Source: Phoronis australis (lineage: Eukaryota; Animalia; Phoronida). Taken from it: a DNA stretch of 64,000 bases. Shown here piece after piece: positions 39,501 through 51,500 of the stretch (positions within the stretch are counted from its first letter, which is position 1; each line of letters begins with the position of its first letter). A program made the translations under genes and the position numbers. The notes under the pieces are model-generated. The model saw only the letters and a program-made list of their open reading frames with translations, did not search any database and was not told the origin of the DNA. The stretch is taken from positions 310,001 to 374,000 of the forward strand of contig NMRA01000237.1 of NCBI GenBank assembly GCA_002633005.1, given 5' to 3'.

Positions 39501-42500
39501 TGAAGGACAGGTCTCGGCTGTAGTAAAGAGGATCAGGTTTGTAGAACGAATGTTCAATATTCGACTCTGTGATGAGTGACAGCAGGTTACCTTTTCAGAG
39601 TCTAGTTGGCTTGATTGACATTCCTTTGGACCTTCTAGACTCCAAAAAGGTAAATTTCATTACTCAAGATCAGGTTTATCGATGATGTCTGCTCTTTACT
39701 TCCTGTTTCTGGCAGAAAATTTGTGCTATGAAAATTTAAACGTATGTTTTTGTGCTTTTGGTTTGGCCATTTCCAAAATCATCAACAAACATTGCAGAGG
39801 TTCATTCGGTGTTGTGTACCGTGTGATCGAGAGATCTACAGGAAAGAACTGGGCGGCCAAGTTTATCAAAGTCCGTTCAGAGGCCGACCGTGAGGCTGTG
39901 TTACATGAGATGGATGTGATGAACAGTCTGCACCATCCCAAGCTACTACAGCTACATGAGGCGTTTGATCTCAAGACAGACTTGGTCATGATCCTGGAAT
40001 TGTAAGCATAATGTTGTAGCTTGTTTTATGAAACTTTCACTGTTCTTGAATTGAAAGCTCTCTGTTAAATTACTTAATGGATAAAAGTCGAGAATATTGT
40101 ATGAACAGTAACATTTGAATATTTGCAGTGACTGTGCCTGTCTTCACTTTTAATTTAAATAATTCATAGTGCTGCTATTTATATTATAATCTCACCAATT
40201 TCAGACAAAAATAGCAAAATAGATCTTATTTTCATTTTTCAATGTCCTCCAACACTGTTGTGAATGTCCAGTTTTTCAAAACTGTTGTGTGATGAGAACT
40301 TCAACATGATTAAGGTTTTGTTTAGGCAAATCATGATTTGCATCTAGTTTTACGAGTGGGGAAAAATGCAGTTTTGTCTTATTTGTAGTACGTTACCAAG
40401 ATGTAGCCTTACTCAAACAGTGCATTTAAGTCATGCTTTTTTCTCCTGCAGCGTTTCTGGTGGTGAGCTGTTTGAGCGTTTAGTTAGTGCTGAGGAAGAG
40501 CAGTTGACGGAGGGTGACTGTATTCATTATATGAGGCAGATCTGTCAGGGCATTGCACACATGCACAAGAACCATATCATTCATTTGGACATTAAGGTAA
40601 AAGGCTCACATTGAATCCTGGGTGTATTCTCTGTTTGATCATTTATTACATGGGATGTTGCTTAATGTATTGATTTACCTCTGTGTACTTAAGTGGTAAG
40701 ACATGCATTAGTTGGATTTTCATTCAACTTATGAAAAATTCTGTGAAATGGCTGTTCTGGTTTGTATACTGGGCCCCGAGATATGTCAGATTTTGCGTTT
40801 TTTGGATAAAGTTCTTTGGTCTAGTTGGATTCGAGCTATGTGAGTTTTACTGTAATTACGATATGAACTCTGATTTTGTTATAATGTACACAAGCTGAGT
40901 CAAAGTATTGTTTGGCAACTCAGTAAACAATGTAGGCAGTGGTATCAGTAACAGTTATCTCTTTTCAAGTTCCCCAGTTCCCAAAACAAAATAGTGTAAG
41001 CTGGACTTTGTTGGTATTAGATTTCCAGTGGATATTTAGATTTTCTTATGGCGTGCAACTCATAAAGATACAAACCGGAGACTGAAAGAGGAAATGGTGA
41101 AAAGAAGAATAATTTGAGTATTCTAATTTTTGGAAACATCTGTAATTAGCTGCTACATAACCTATTAATTAGTCTGATTGGATTTCTATGGCTTAGTGGA
41201 CTAGAGTGTTTTACACAGTTAGCAGAAGGTCCCGGGTTTGAGTCCCCGTCGGGACTTGTAGTCATTTGGGCCCATGATGTGGCCAAGAGGTGGCGTGCAG
41301 ACCAGACTTAGAAATGTTTGCTACCTATTCGTGAATCCTAACCCTTGATGAACTGTGTATTTCTAGCCTGAAAACGTTCTCCTTACCACCAATAAGAGTA
41401 AGGATATCAAGATCATTGACTTTGGCCTATCTCAGAGGATAGATCCTGACAAGGTGATACAGGTGTTGTTTGGAACTGCAGAGTTTGTTGCGCCTGAAGT
41501 GTGCAGTTATGAACCTGTCAGTTACTATAGCGACATGTGGTCACTAGGTGTCCTGTCGTATACGTTGTGAGTATTCCCTAATTCCTTTTTGCATAGTTTT
41601 TACTTTTAAGTTTTAAATATGGAAAATAATATGCAGATAACAATTTATTTACCATCATCGGTATAAGGGCTAGGGCAAAATTAACTAATTGCCAAATGCA
41701 TTTGGCGTTATATTTTAATCATTAAGTGAGATTTTGGCACACAGAGTCTAATGACCTTCTGAATAAATTACTTTATAGTTACATGACAGATGTGCATAGG
41801 TGCAAGATTCTCCCGAAAACTCAATATCTTGCAAGACTTTTTGAGATATTTCCATACATTGCAAGCAAAACACATGACCGCAGTAGCTTTCCTGGCAAGA
41901 TTCTTTGTGTCTACAGAATGCAGCCCAGTATTTTACTTGTAAGTCCAACATTTCCAGACTGACTGGCCTTTCCCCATTCATGGGTGATGACGACAACGAA
42001 ACCTTTGCCAACATTATGAATGTGGACTATGACTTTGATGCTGAAGAATGGGACAGTGTCTCAGCCGAGGCAGTGGACTTCATCAAGAAGTTGTTAGTCA
42101 GAGACCCGAAGAAGAGGTTGACTATCACAGAAGCCTTGTCTCACCCATGGCTCAACGTATGTGTTGGATTGTATTTCCTTGATTTGTTCTCTTTCTGCTC
42201 GTTTCAGACATGTAAAGCAACATGTCGTCTAAATATGAAATTTTGCCATTGCCAACGGCAGACACGATGGATTTTTATGCATTAGAACAGCTTGCTCTTT
42301 TAGTTGAAATTGTCAGTACAGAAATGCTGGGACACCACTTGCCATTTTTGATTATTTCAAGTTTTCGGGTAATTTTCTTATTTCATGCACTTCCTTTTTT
42401 TGGACAAGGGTAATATTTCACATGGGATTGTTTTCAAATCAATAGGCAATTGCAAAATTCATGTGAGATGTTGCTTGCTAAACACAATCATTATTTAATT

Positions 42501-45500
42501 TTGCTTGTCAGCTAAATCATAAATTTTATTGTTTCTGTAATCTCTAGAATAAAATAGCCACTGTTCTTGTCATGATTTTTCTTTATTTCAGTTACCTGCT
42601 TAATTATAGGATAGAACATTTACAACTAGTGTGTACTACAATCTCGAATACAAATTAATCAATCTCTGTCTTTCATAACTTTAGTTACATATTTTTCTCC
42701 TACATATTTTTCTCCTCTTGAAAACAAACAACCTTATTTTTCCATTTCATCATCTCTACATTTCAGCCTGAAACTGTAACGTTTCATAGCCAAATTGTGA
42801 GTTTCCCTCACAGGGTAGGCCAAAATAACCCCTTCTCTTTCTCTTTATTCTCTTAACCCTTTCTGGTCTATTTCCTTCTAGGNTGTCTCACCCATGGCTC
42901 AACGTATGTGTTGGATTATGTTCCCTTGATTTGTTCTCTTTCTGCTCGTTTCAGACATGTAAAGCAACATGTCGTCTAAATATGAAATTTTGCCATTGCC
43001 AACGGCAGACATGATGGATTTTTATGCATTAGAACAGCTTGCTCTTTTAGTTGAAATTGTCAGTACAGAAATGTTGGGACACCACTTGCCATTTTTGATT
43101 ATTTCAAGTTTTCGGGTAATTTTCTTATTTCATGCACTTCCATTTTTTGGACAAGGGTGATATTTCACATGGGATTGTTTTCAAATTAATAGGCAATTGC
43201 AAAATTCATGTGAGATGTTGCTTGCTAAACACAATCATTATTTAATTTTGCTTGTCAGCGAAATCATAAATTTTATTGTTTCTGTAATCTCTAGAATAAA
43301 ATAGCCACTGTTCTTGTCATGATTTTTCTTTATTTCAGTTACCTGCTTAATTATAGGATAGAACATTTACAACTAGTGTGTACTACAATCTCGAATACAA
43401 ATTAATCAATCTCTGTCTTTCATAACTTTAGTTACATATTTTTCTCCTACATATTTTTCTCCTCTTGAAAACAAACAACCTTATTTTTCCATTTCATCAT
43501 CTCTACATTTCAGCCTGAAACTGTAACGTTTCATAGCCAAATTGTGAGTTTCCCTCACAGGGTAGGCCAAAATAACCCCTTCTCTTTCTCTTTATTCTCT
43601 TAACCCTTTCTGGTCTATTTCCTTCTAGGAATGGTATGTGGCTGTTGACATGTGCTGTTTAATTTCTAAACAAAAACTCTTTATAAAATTACAATAAACC
43701 TTTCATCGTGGTTTGTTTGCCACAGCTGTCAACAAACAAGTCTGCTTTTTTAAGATTTGTTTGGCAATGCAATTAGCCTTTTGAAAAATAGACCAATAGT
43801 AATTCTAGCTGTTATTTTGTCCCAAGTCAAAGAATTTTTACATTGCATTACATATTGGTTAGTATAACAGTATGAACACGTGTTGACAGTCATATGTTCC
43901 CACTTTTCATTACATGCCTCATCCCTATGTTTAGATGTAGCCCTGAGCCAAAATGTCAATTCTGCCAGTTAAACATTCTCTCTGCCAATAGTTGTAAAGT
44001 TGTAATTCACTGAATGCTTAGACTATCCTTGATATCCTGTCATCTTCTTAAACACTTGATGTTAGTTTAGCCAGGATAACTGTATCAAGTGGTTTTGTGT
44101 GATGACTCGCATGAAATATTGTCTTGTTGATAACCCTTTATTCTCCTGATTCTTATATTGTTATTTGCTGTAGACTCTTGATATTGATATTTTTCTTATG
44201 CACTGCTATCATTTGGATCAGATACTGTGTAAGTGTCCTACTCGATTGTATGGTAATTCTCCACGTATTTCGAGGCAAGAATCTCCCTCCAAATAGCCTC
44301 ATACAAAACAAGAGGGGAACAAAATATCATTTCTCCATGTAATTCTCGATGTGCGAAATTCAATGAGTGTGCTAAATAAGTGAAGAATTGCCGTACACAG
44401 TTCTATTCCTCCTTAGACCTCTGTGGTACCTGAATGGCTCTTTAGGCCTCCCCATAGTTTTATGTGTTTCCCTACATTTATTTTAAGAGAAGATTTGTTG
44501 TGCTGCCCAATAGATCTGTATTTACTTAATGTTTCATGATATGGTGTTGTGTCCTGCTGCTATGCCGTATCAATGAGAAACATAAACTATGATTACAAGA
44601 TAGCATTGTGAAATAAACAAACTTCATTAGGAGGTTATTGTGTTGGGAAGCACGGCTTTTGCATGAGAAATCGGTCAAATCTAGCTATTCTAAATAATTA
44701 AATGGTTGGTGTACTGGACAGGTGTAGTCAGTATTATGGAGCACTAAGTTCTTACTAATTAAAATCTCCAAGTCCTGCAATTCATTTTATTTTATTTAGC
44801 TATTAAATTTCTTTCATAAACATGGGCAATTTCAGCAGTTCCATGTTTTTAATTGAGACCAGTCGCCTCATTATCAGTCCAATGAAGTGTAATAACATAT
44901 TTTATGATTGCAGGGTTCGACAGAGGATCGCCTACCTAAAGGAAGAAATCTGTCTACCAATCACCATAAAAACTACTTGGCTAGAAAGAGATGGAGGGTA
45001 AGCAATATCTTCACTTTGAAACTAATTTTTTCTTGTCTGTGCAGGCACACATGTCAGAGTACACTCACATATCCACGTGCTGGTATGATGCCCAAAGCAA
45101 TCGGTATCTTCTTGTGCGCATTTCTGATACTCATGCTATTTGTTTTTTTCTGACTGAAATCATTGGATTAAATGAATTACATTGATTATTTTTATTAATG
45201 TGTCTGTATTTTATTTATTAGTGATTGTAGTTATAATACAGTACCATCCGCACTTATAGTCACTTACAGGGATCCTGGACTTTGAGAACTAGCTTGATGC
45301 CTGTTATGAGTGAAGAAAACTGGTTCTGAAAATAGGAGATCCCTGTGAATGACTACTACCCAATCTGCACAAGGAGATACAATCAGATGTAGTCACCCCA
45401 ATAGGAACTCTTTGCTACTGTTCATTGAGATGTAATACCAGCCAACTAAAATTCAAATGGTTACATCTATTTCCATGTCCTGACTTAAAAAAATTTAAGA

Positions 45501-48500
45501 AAATGGCACAGAATATGTTGAAATAGTTATTTTAGAGTTTCTAGTCTTATATTGTTTGATTGTTTGCTGCCTTCTATTATATTATGTTAACATTGCCCAG
45601 TTCTGTCTGTCTTTGCTTGTGTTAAGTCTACTCATGTCATGTATGTTCATTTCAGGATTCAGCCAATGAAGTGATTGCTCTTGGGCGACTGGCCAAGGCC
45701 AGTGCTGTGTTCAGGTCTCTAGCAGACAAAGGTGTCTTTGAAAGAAAACTGCGCATGGGTAAGTACGACTATTTTGTGTTAATGGCACTCTAATGTGACG
45801 CAGGTGATGCACCATGGATATAACGAGGTACATTAAACTTGCCAGCGATTCGTACTGAATGTAAAACATAAGTGAACAACTAATCAAAATAGAAATTTTA
45901 GTACCTTGAAATAACATTGTGCAAAATTTGTCGTTAGCTGTATTCACAAAGCTTTTTAAAACATTAGGTTTTTAATTCATTGTGTGATAGCAAAGCAGTT
46001 TAGCTGATTTTTTTAACATGTTACACACTAGTGCTCTCTTCAATTCAAAAACAAAGGCACTGACTTACATTGGTCAAATGACGTCACGTGCAAATACACA
46101 CGGCAAATAACATTTCATATTACAATCAGCCACTGTCGTTCAACTTCATTAAAATATTTTAGCAGTATCAAGCTTGTCATGTGACAACATCACCAGGCTT
46201 TCCAAGCTGAAGCATCATAGCTAACATATTTTAGCTAACACTTTTAAATTTATGGGCGTGTCAATACATCCACTTATTTTCTTATTCTTGTATTTCAGAG
46301 GTGCCAGACCATAAGCCGTATATTGTGCAGGAATTAAATGACTTTGATGCATACGAAGGAACAACAGGACGCCTTAAGTGTCGTATAGCTGCTAAACCAG
46401 AAGCTAAGCTCAAATGGTGAGATACATGACTACCTTTTGTATGATGTGTATAGGTATATGTATATGTATTTGTATATATTGTAATTCTTCACTTACTTAG
46501 CACACAACTTTGTCACTTTTTCCGCAAAATTAAAGTTTATTCTGTCAGTAGCGTGGTTTGTATTGTGAATATGTCATGAAAAAAAGTTTGGCAAATTTTC
46601 CATTATTTGCAGTAAATTAATCAGTCTTTAAAAATGGAAAAATGTTGGCAATTATTTTTGTGTGTAGTAAGTAGAGAATTACCAGTAATATTGTTTTGGT
46701 CCAGCTTATTTCTACCCCCAATGAATTGGCTTTTGGCAATTTTCGATGTCTGAAAAAACATTAACCTTTCAAGTATCACCACTTTCCTCTATCAAATTGG
46801 TCAAGTCCTTCACAGTTAGGTTTGAAGTTACTTCTGAGCTTTCGAAGAGCTGACAAACTGCTGTGCTGAAAACTGAACTGATGAAATTTCACTCTGCCAC
46901 GGGTCCAGCATTTTGTTCCGGGATGGTCTGCAGGGGACAAACGCAGGGAGTGCTTGAGATTCCTCCAATGCAAAAGTTACTGAGCAGGGGGGATCCATGG
47001 CCCCTGAACCATGCTTGAATTCATGGATCATTTAATTCACGGAGTCATTTGGTTGGAAATGGTTTGGTTCCATGAGCTAACATTAGGTGGAGCTTCAAAT
47101 GGGTCCTTAGTAGCTTTAACTTTATTTATAATAAAATTTTATTGCTTCGAATGTTTGTTTTGTTATCGTTTACTGGTGATCCATTATTGGTCAGTAGGTG
47201 ATAGGTGTTTACCAATTTGTAAGTAATATTACGCCAGTTTCATGTATTCTTATTGATAACATTTTAAATACTCCTTCGCCAGGTTCAAAGGTGAAACTGA
47301 AATTCACGCTGGAGACAAGTATGATATGGTCTATAAGAATAACCTGGCCACTTTACTTGTGAAGGACATAAGACAAGGAGATGAAGATTACTTTACATGT
47401 CTGGCATATAATGATCTAGGCGAAGCAAGCACTGCAGCTGAACTCACAGTTCAAGGTACTAAGTGATTTAATGTGACAGACCGTCTGTGACTGCAACAGA
47501 TGTGCAACTGTGTGAAAACTGTAGCATTTCCTTATCTTTTTTCATTGTTGCCAAAATGGCTTTGCTTTCAGTTATTTGAAAATCAGTTTCTTAATTAGGA
47601 AATAAAACTCTGTGACAGAGAACAGGGAAAATGTCAGTGTCATGCTGCAATAAATTCAGTGTAATGTAAAAGCTCTGGCTAACTTAATATATTAATTAGT
47701 TACTTATTAGTTACTTATTAGTTACGTATTTGTTACTTATCAATTACTTATCTATTACTTATCTTTTACTTATCAGTTACTTATCAGTTACTTATCAGTT
47801 ACTTATTTGTTACTTATAAGTTACTTGTTAGTTACTTTTGTAATGACAGCAAATTTCAATTATCTTGCAGGACATGGGTTGGAAAGAAGAAAATCTGAGT
47901 TGGAAGCTTTGAGAAAGCTAAGGTACGCTTTATTTTTATGTCTGGAATTTCTTATGTTCCAAGTGCTTAGTTCATTTAATTACAGTTTTGGATTTTTATA
48001 CAGACAAAATTATTTGGAAAACTGCAATTTTCCCATTTTCAGATGCTCAAAAGTTTACACCATGTCTTACATCAGTTGTTCAGTCTACACCATACTACAA
48101 ATATTTTTTATTTTTGTTGTGAACTTTTGAAATATTGTCTCCTATACTGAAGACTTTTGCCCTAAATAATCCATTGCCTGAAGGGTAATAGTCACAGGTG
48201 TCTTGTATTTTGAGAACCAGTTTCTTCCACTGAATAACGGGCATCAAACCGGTTCTCAAAATGTGAGACTCCTATAAGTGACTATTGCCGCCTTAAGTCT
48301 AATTTGTCCGAGTCAAACATGAAGCCAGTTGTGGGCCTGAAAATGACTGTACGTCATTAAAATAATCCAATTAAGTCCAAGTTATATATTTGTGGTTCTT
48401 TGGTGAATCTAAAAAATCATACATTCATGTGTCGTTTCATCATCAGCATTGACGATGAGGAAGTTTTTGAAGAACTTCCCGCAGAGTGTGCTCCCCAGTT

Positions 48501-51500
48501 TATCAGATCACTGCAAGATCAATCTGTAACACTGGGTGATCCAGTCACGATGGAGGTCGAAGGTTAGCCAATGGCTCCTCGCTTCAGCTATCCTGCTCGA
48601 TTGGAACTTAGTCAATATTGGAAATGCGTCCAACTTTGCATACTGCTTCAGTTTTCCAAAATGTTTTTCATGAATTGTTCACTTTGAGGTTTTAAAAAGA
48701 AACATTTTTGAAGTGACTGCAAAATGGCATATTTCGAATTTGAAATTGTTTTGCAAGGTTGAACACATTTTATGACAAAGCTTTCATTTTAAGCATATAA
48801 TTTGCAGGTTTAGCTACCCATCAGCTTCCCCCTTTCTATTACGTTTATTTACCATTTCTGATCATCCCTGCAATGATTAAGTTGCTTCTGTTAAGGTTAT
48901 GTAGGTCTTTATTGATAAGTATACATATTTAGCCAATTATCTACTGAACTATTCATTTTAGCGTGGTAAAAGTATGTGTTTTTTGCAATTTCAAAGCTTG
49001 TAGAATTTGATTTTCGACTTTTTACCAATCTGCCAATAAGTGGCTCACATGACCATGGTTTTTTTGTAAAATGTTGCGAAAAAGCAACGTACACTGATAG
49101 CAAAACCCCAGTATCAATAACATGATCAATTTTAAGAATGCTGTTACAGTTTTCTAAAATATTATTTCATTTTCATTTTATGCGTCTTAAAGAGTTTTTT
49201 TCGTGAAAATCATAAACGACATTCTTTGATAGTCTCTCATGAAAAATGGAAGATTTTAAAAATAATTCCTATGGAGAACAATGCATAAAACATGGTACCT
49301 GAAAGCTTCATATGAATTAATTCATCCATTTCTGAGACATGATGTTTTGAATTTGGCTACATTTCTCTAGGGTCCTACATCACCTTAAATTCCTTCTTTT
49401 AACCGAGCATTCGGTACTAACTAGCATGCATGTTATTTGTTATTAGCAATAAAAAGCGTAACAGCATCACAACTCGCGAGTTCAACGTGGCTCCGTACTT
49501 TACATTACCCCTTATGGACCAGATCAGGAAGGTCGGAGATCACGTGTACTTTAGTGTAACAGGTATATTTTGCTGCTTTGATAACTGTCTGTCGTTGATT
49601 TGTAAGATGCATGTATTTGGATAATTATGTTTGCTATATTTTGTTCAAACTTGTTAGACCAAAAAGAGTATAATTCGGTTTTTGTCAGAGGTGTTTTTTT
49701 CTTGTGGCTCACTTCTTCAAAAAGAAACTTTGCTTGAGACTAGCAAAAATGATTCATTTTTTTCTGATGGCTTGTCAAATCATGGCATTTCAAAAATTGC
49801 TTACCCTTGTTTGCATCCCTTTGATGCAGGCAGACTTTTTTTTTCCAGTGAGTGCAGGTCTCAGAATGAGTCGGGGCAGAAAATTGTGCCAAATTTGCTT
49901 CGTTGGCCTTACCTGGCTTTGGCAGAATTGTCTATTTGCTTTTAATTCATAATTTCTTAGCTTGCATGAAAATGTATTTAAGTGGTTTGTACATGACAAT
50001 TCCATATTAACATTTTGTTGCTCAATTCGTATTGGTTGTGTTAATCTTGTATAATTGAAATAAAGGATCATTCTGCTTGTGTAAGTTATTTAAGAATTGA
50101 AAATTACATTTTTGTTTGTAAATTGTCTCTTGAAATTGGTTTCCTAATCAATTCTTCATTTTGATGCAATTACTTGAAAGAGCTGAATATTTTTCCCCAT
50201 TTCTACAGTACTTAACTTTGCCTCAATCATAATACACTTTCTGTGCTCTGATACCAAGAGAACTGAGGTGTCAAGACAAAAATGTTATCTCTCAAATTCT
50301 AGTCACTGTAAGACCTGAACCAGTGGTTACGTGGTACCTCAATGGCCAAGAAATCTATGAAAGTCACCGTTACCGATTTGACCACGACAAGGGCGTGTTC
50401 CGCCTTGAGATCTTGGGGGCAGAGATAAAGGATGCTGGAGAACTGAAGTGTATTGGGGTCAATCCACTAGGGAGAGCCACTTGCACTTGTCAACTAAGTG
50501 TTCTTACTCCTGGTAAGCACACTGCTTGTCTGAGGTCTAGAGTTAACAAATTTTTGTGTCATCGCTTGTTGTTTTGATTTATTTTCATTGCAATTTCAGT
50601 AAGTTTTATTTAATTCTATTTGTTGACTTGAAAAATCGCCTTTGATTTGTTTACCTAGAACTTGACCGTGTCCTTTTGTGTGAATTAATGGTTGCATTTG
50701 TCATGTTCACAGTGGGAAGCCATCTTACAAGCACGCCTGTCAAACAAATTTGTTAGTTTGAATTTTACGTAATTTACGTTTTCTCACAACAGAACAAATC
50801 CCAGAGGGGTGTCAGCCACCAAAGTTTACCAAGTTGTTGAAGCGTGTAAAGATCGTGGAAGGAAGTACCATCAAGATGGAATGTAAAGTAGAGGGTGTAC
50901 CACCTCCTCATATTGAGTGGTAAGCAATTGTAGTTGAAGCCACAAAACGCATACGCCATCTACTGTTCAGGCAGGGAACCAACCTGTTCATTAATAAAAG
51001 TATCTATACCCACACTCCATCACAAAATCAATTTTGATTTAGACTACTTATCGTTATGAAGTTGTTAAATTGTTCCTTAGTCAGATGAGTGAGGAACAAG
51101 GTGAGACCAATTTTATAGCTGTATTTTGTGTAAATAGTGCCACCTCATATTAAGTGGTAAAAATTTGCTCTGAAAGCCATAAAATGATTGGAATTGTGCA
51201 ACTGTAGCTCCATCTAGTGGTGAATGAACTACTATAATTCTTCACTCATTCAACGTTGTTTGGTGAACAACTGGAAATTATCACACAGAAAATAAATGTG
51301 GAGAATATTTTTGCTTATTTATTCTCTGTTGCATTGATGGCATAAAACAAAACTTTGTCAAATTTTTGTTTAATTGTACCATGGTTCAAAACAGTGGAAA
51401 ATAATAACTTCCGTTACTACTTCTGTGTTATGTTTAAAGTAACCAAATGAATACAATTTGAAACAGAATTTTAGGGCACAATTTTTTGTTAATTGCATGT

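Noticed and set aside
42222-43160. Duplicated 63-aa ORFs (MSSKYEILPL...)
   Set aside because: Intronic, no domain features, and duplicated only because of the N-joined repeat.
47696-47837. Regular short repeats as a possible CRISPR-like array
   Set aside because: Contiguous 11-bp units without unique spacers, in a eukaryotic intron: a minisatellite.
48447-49447. Exact 1000-nt offset between the two mutually exclusive exons
   Set aside because: No flanking nucleotide duplication is visible; treated as coincidence.
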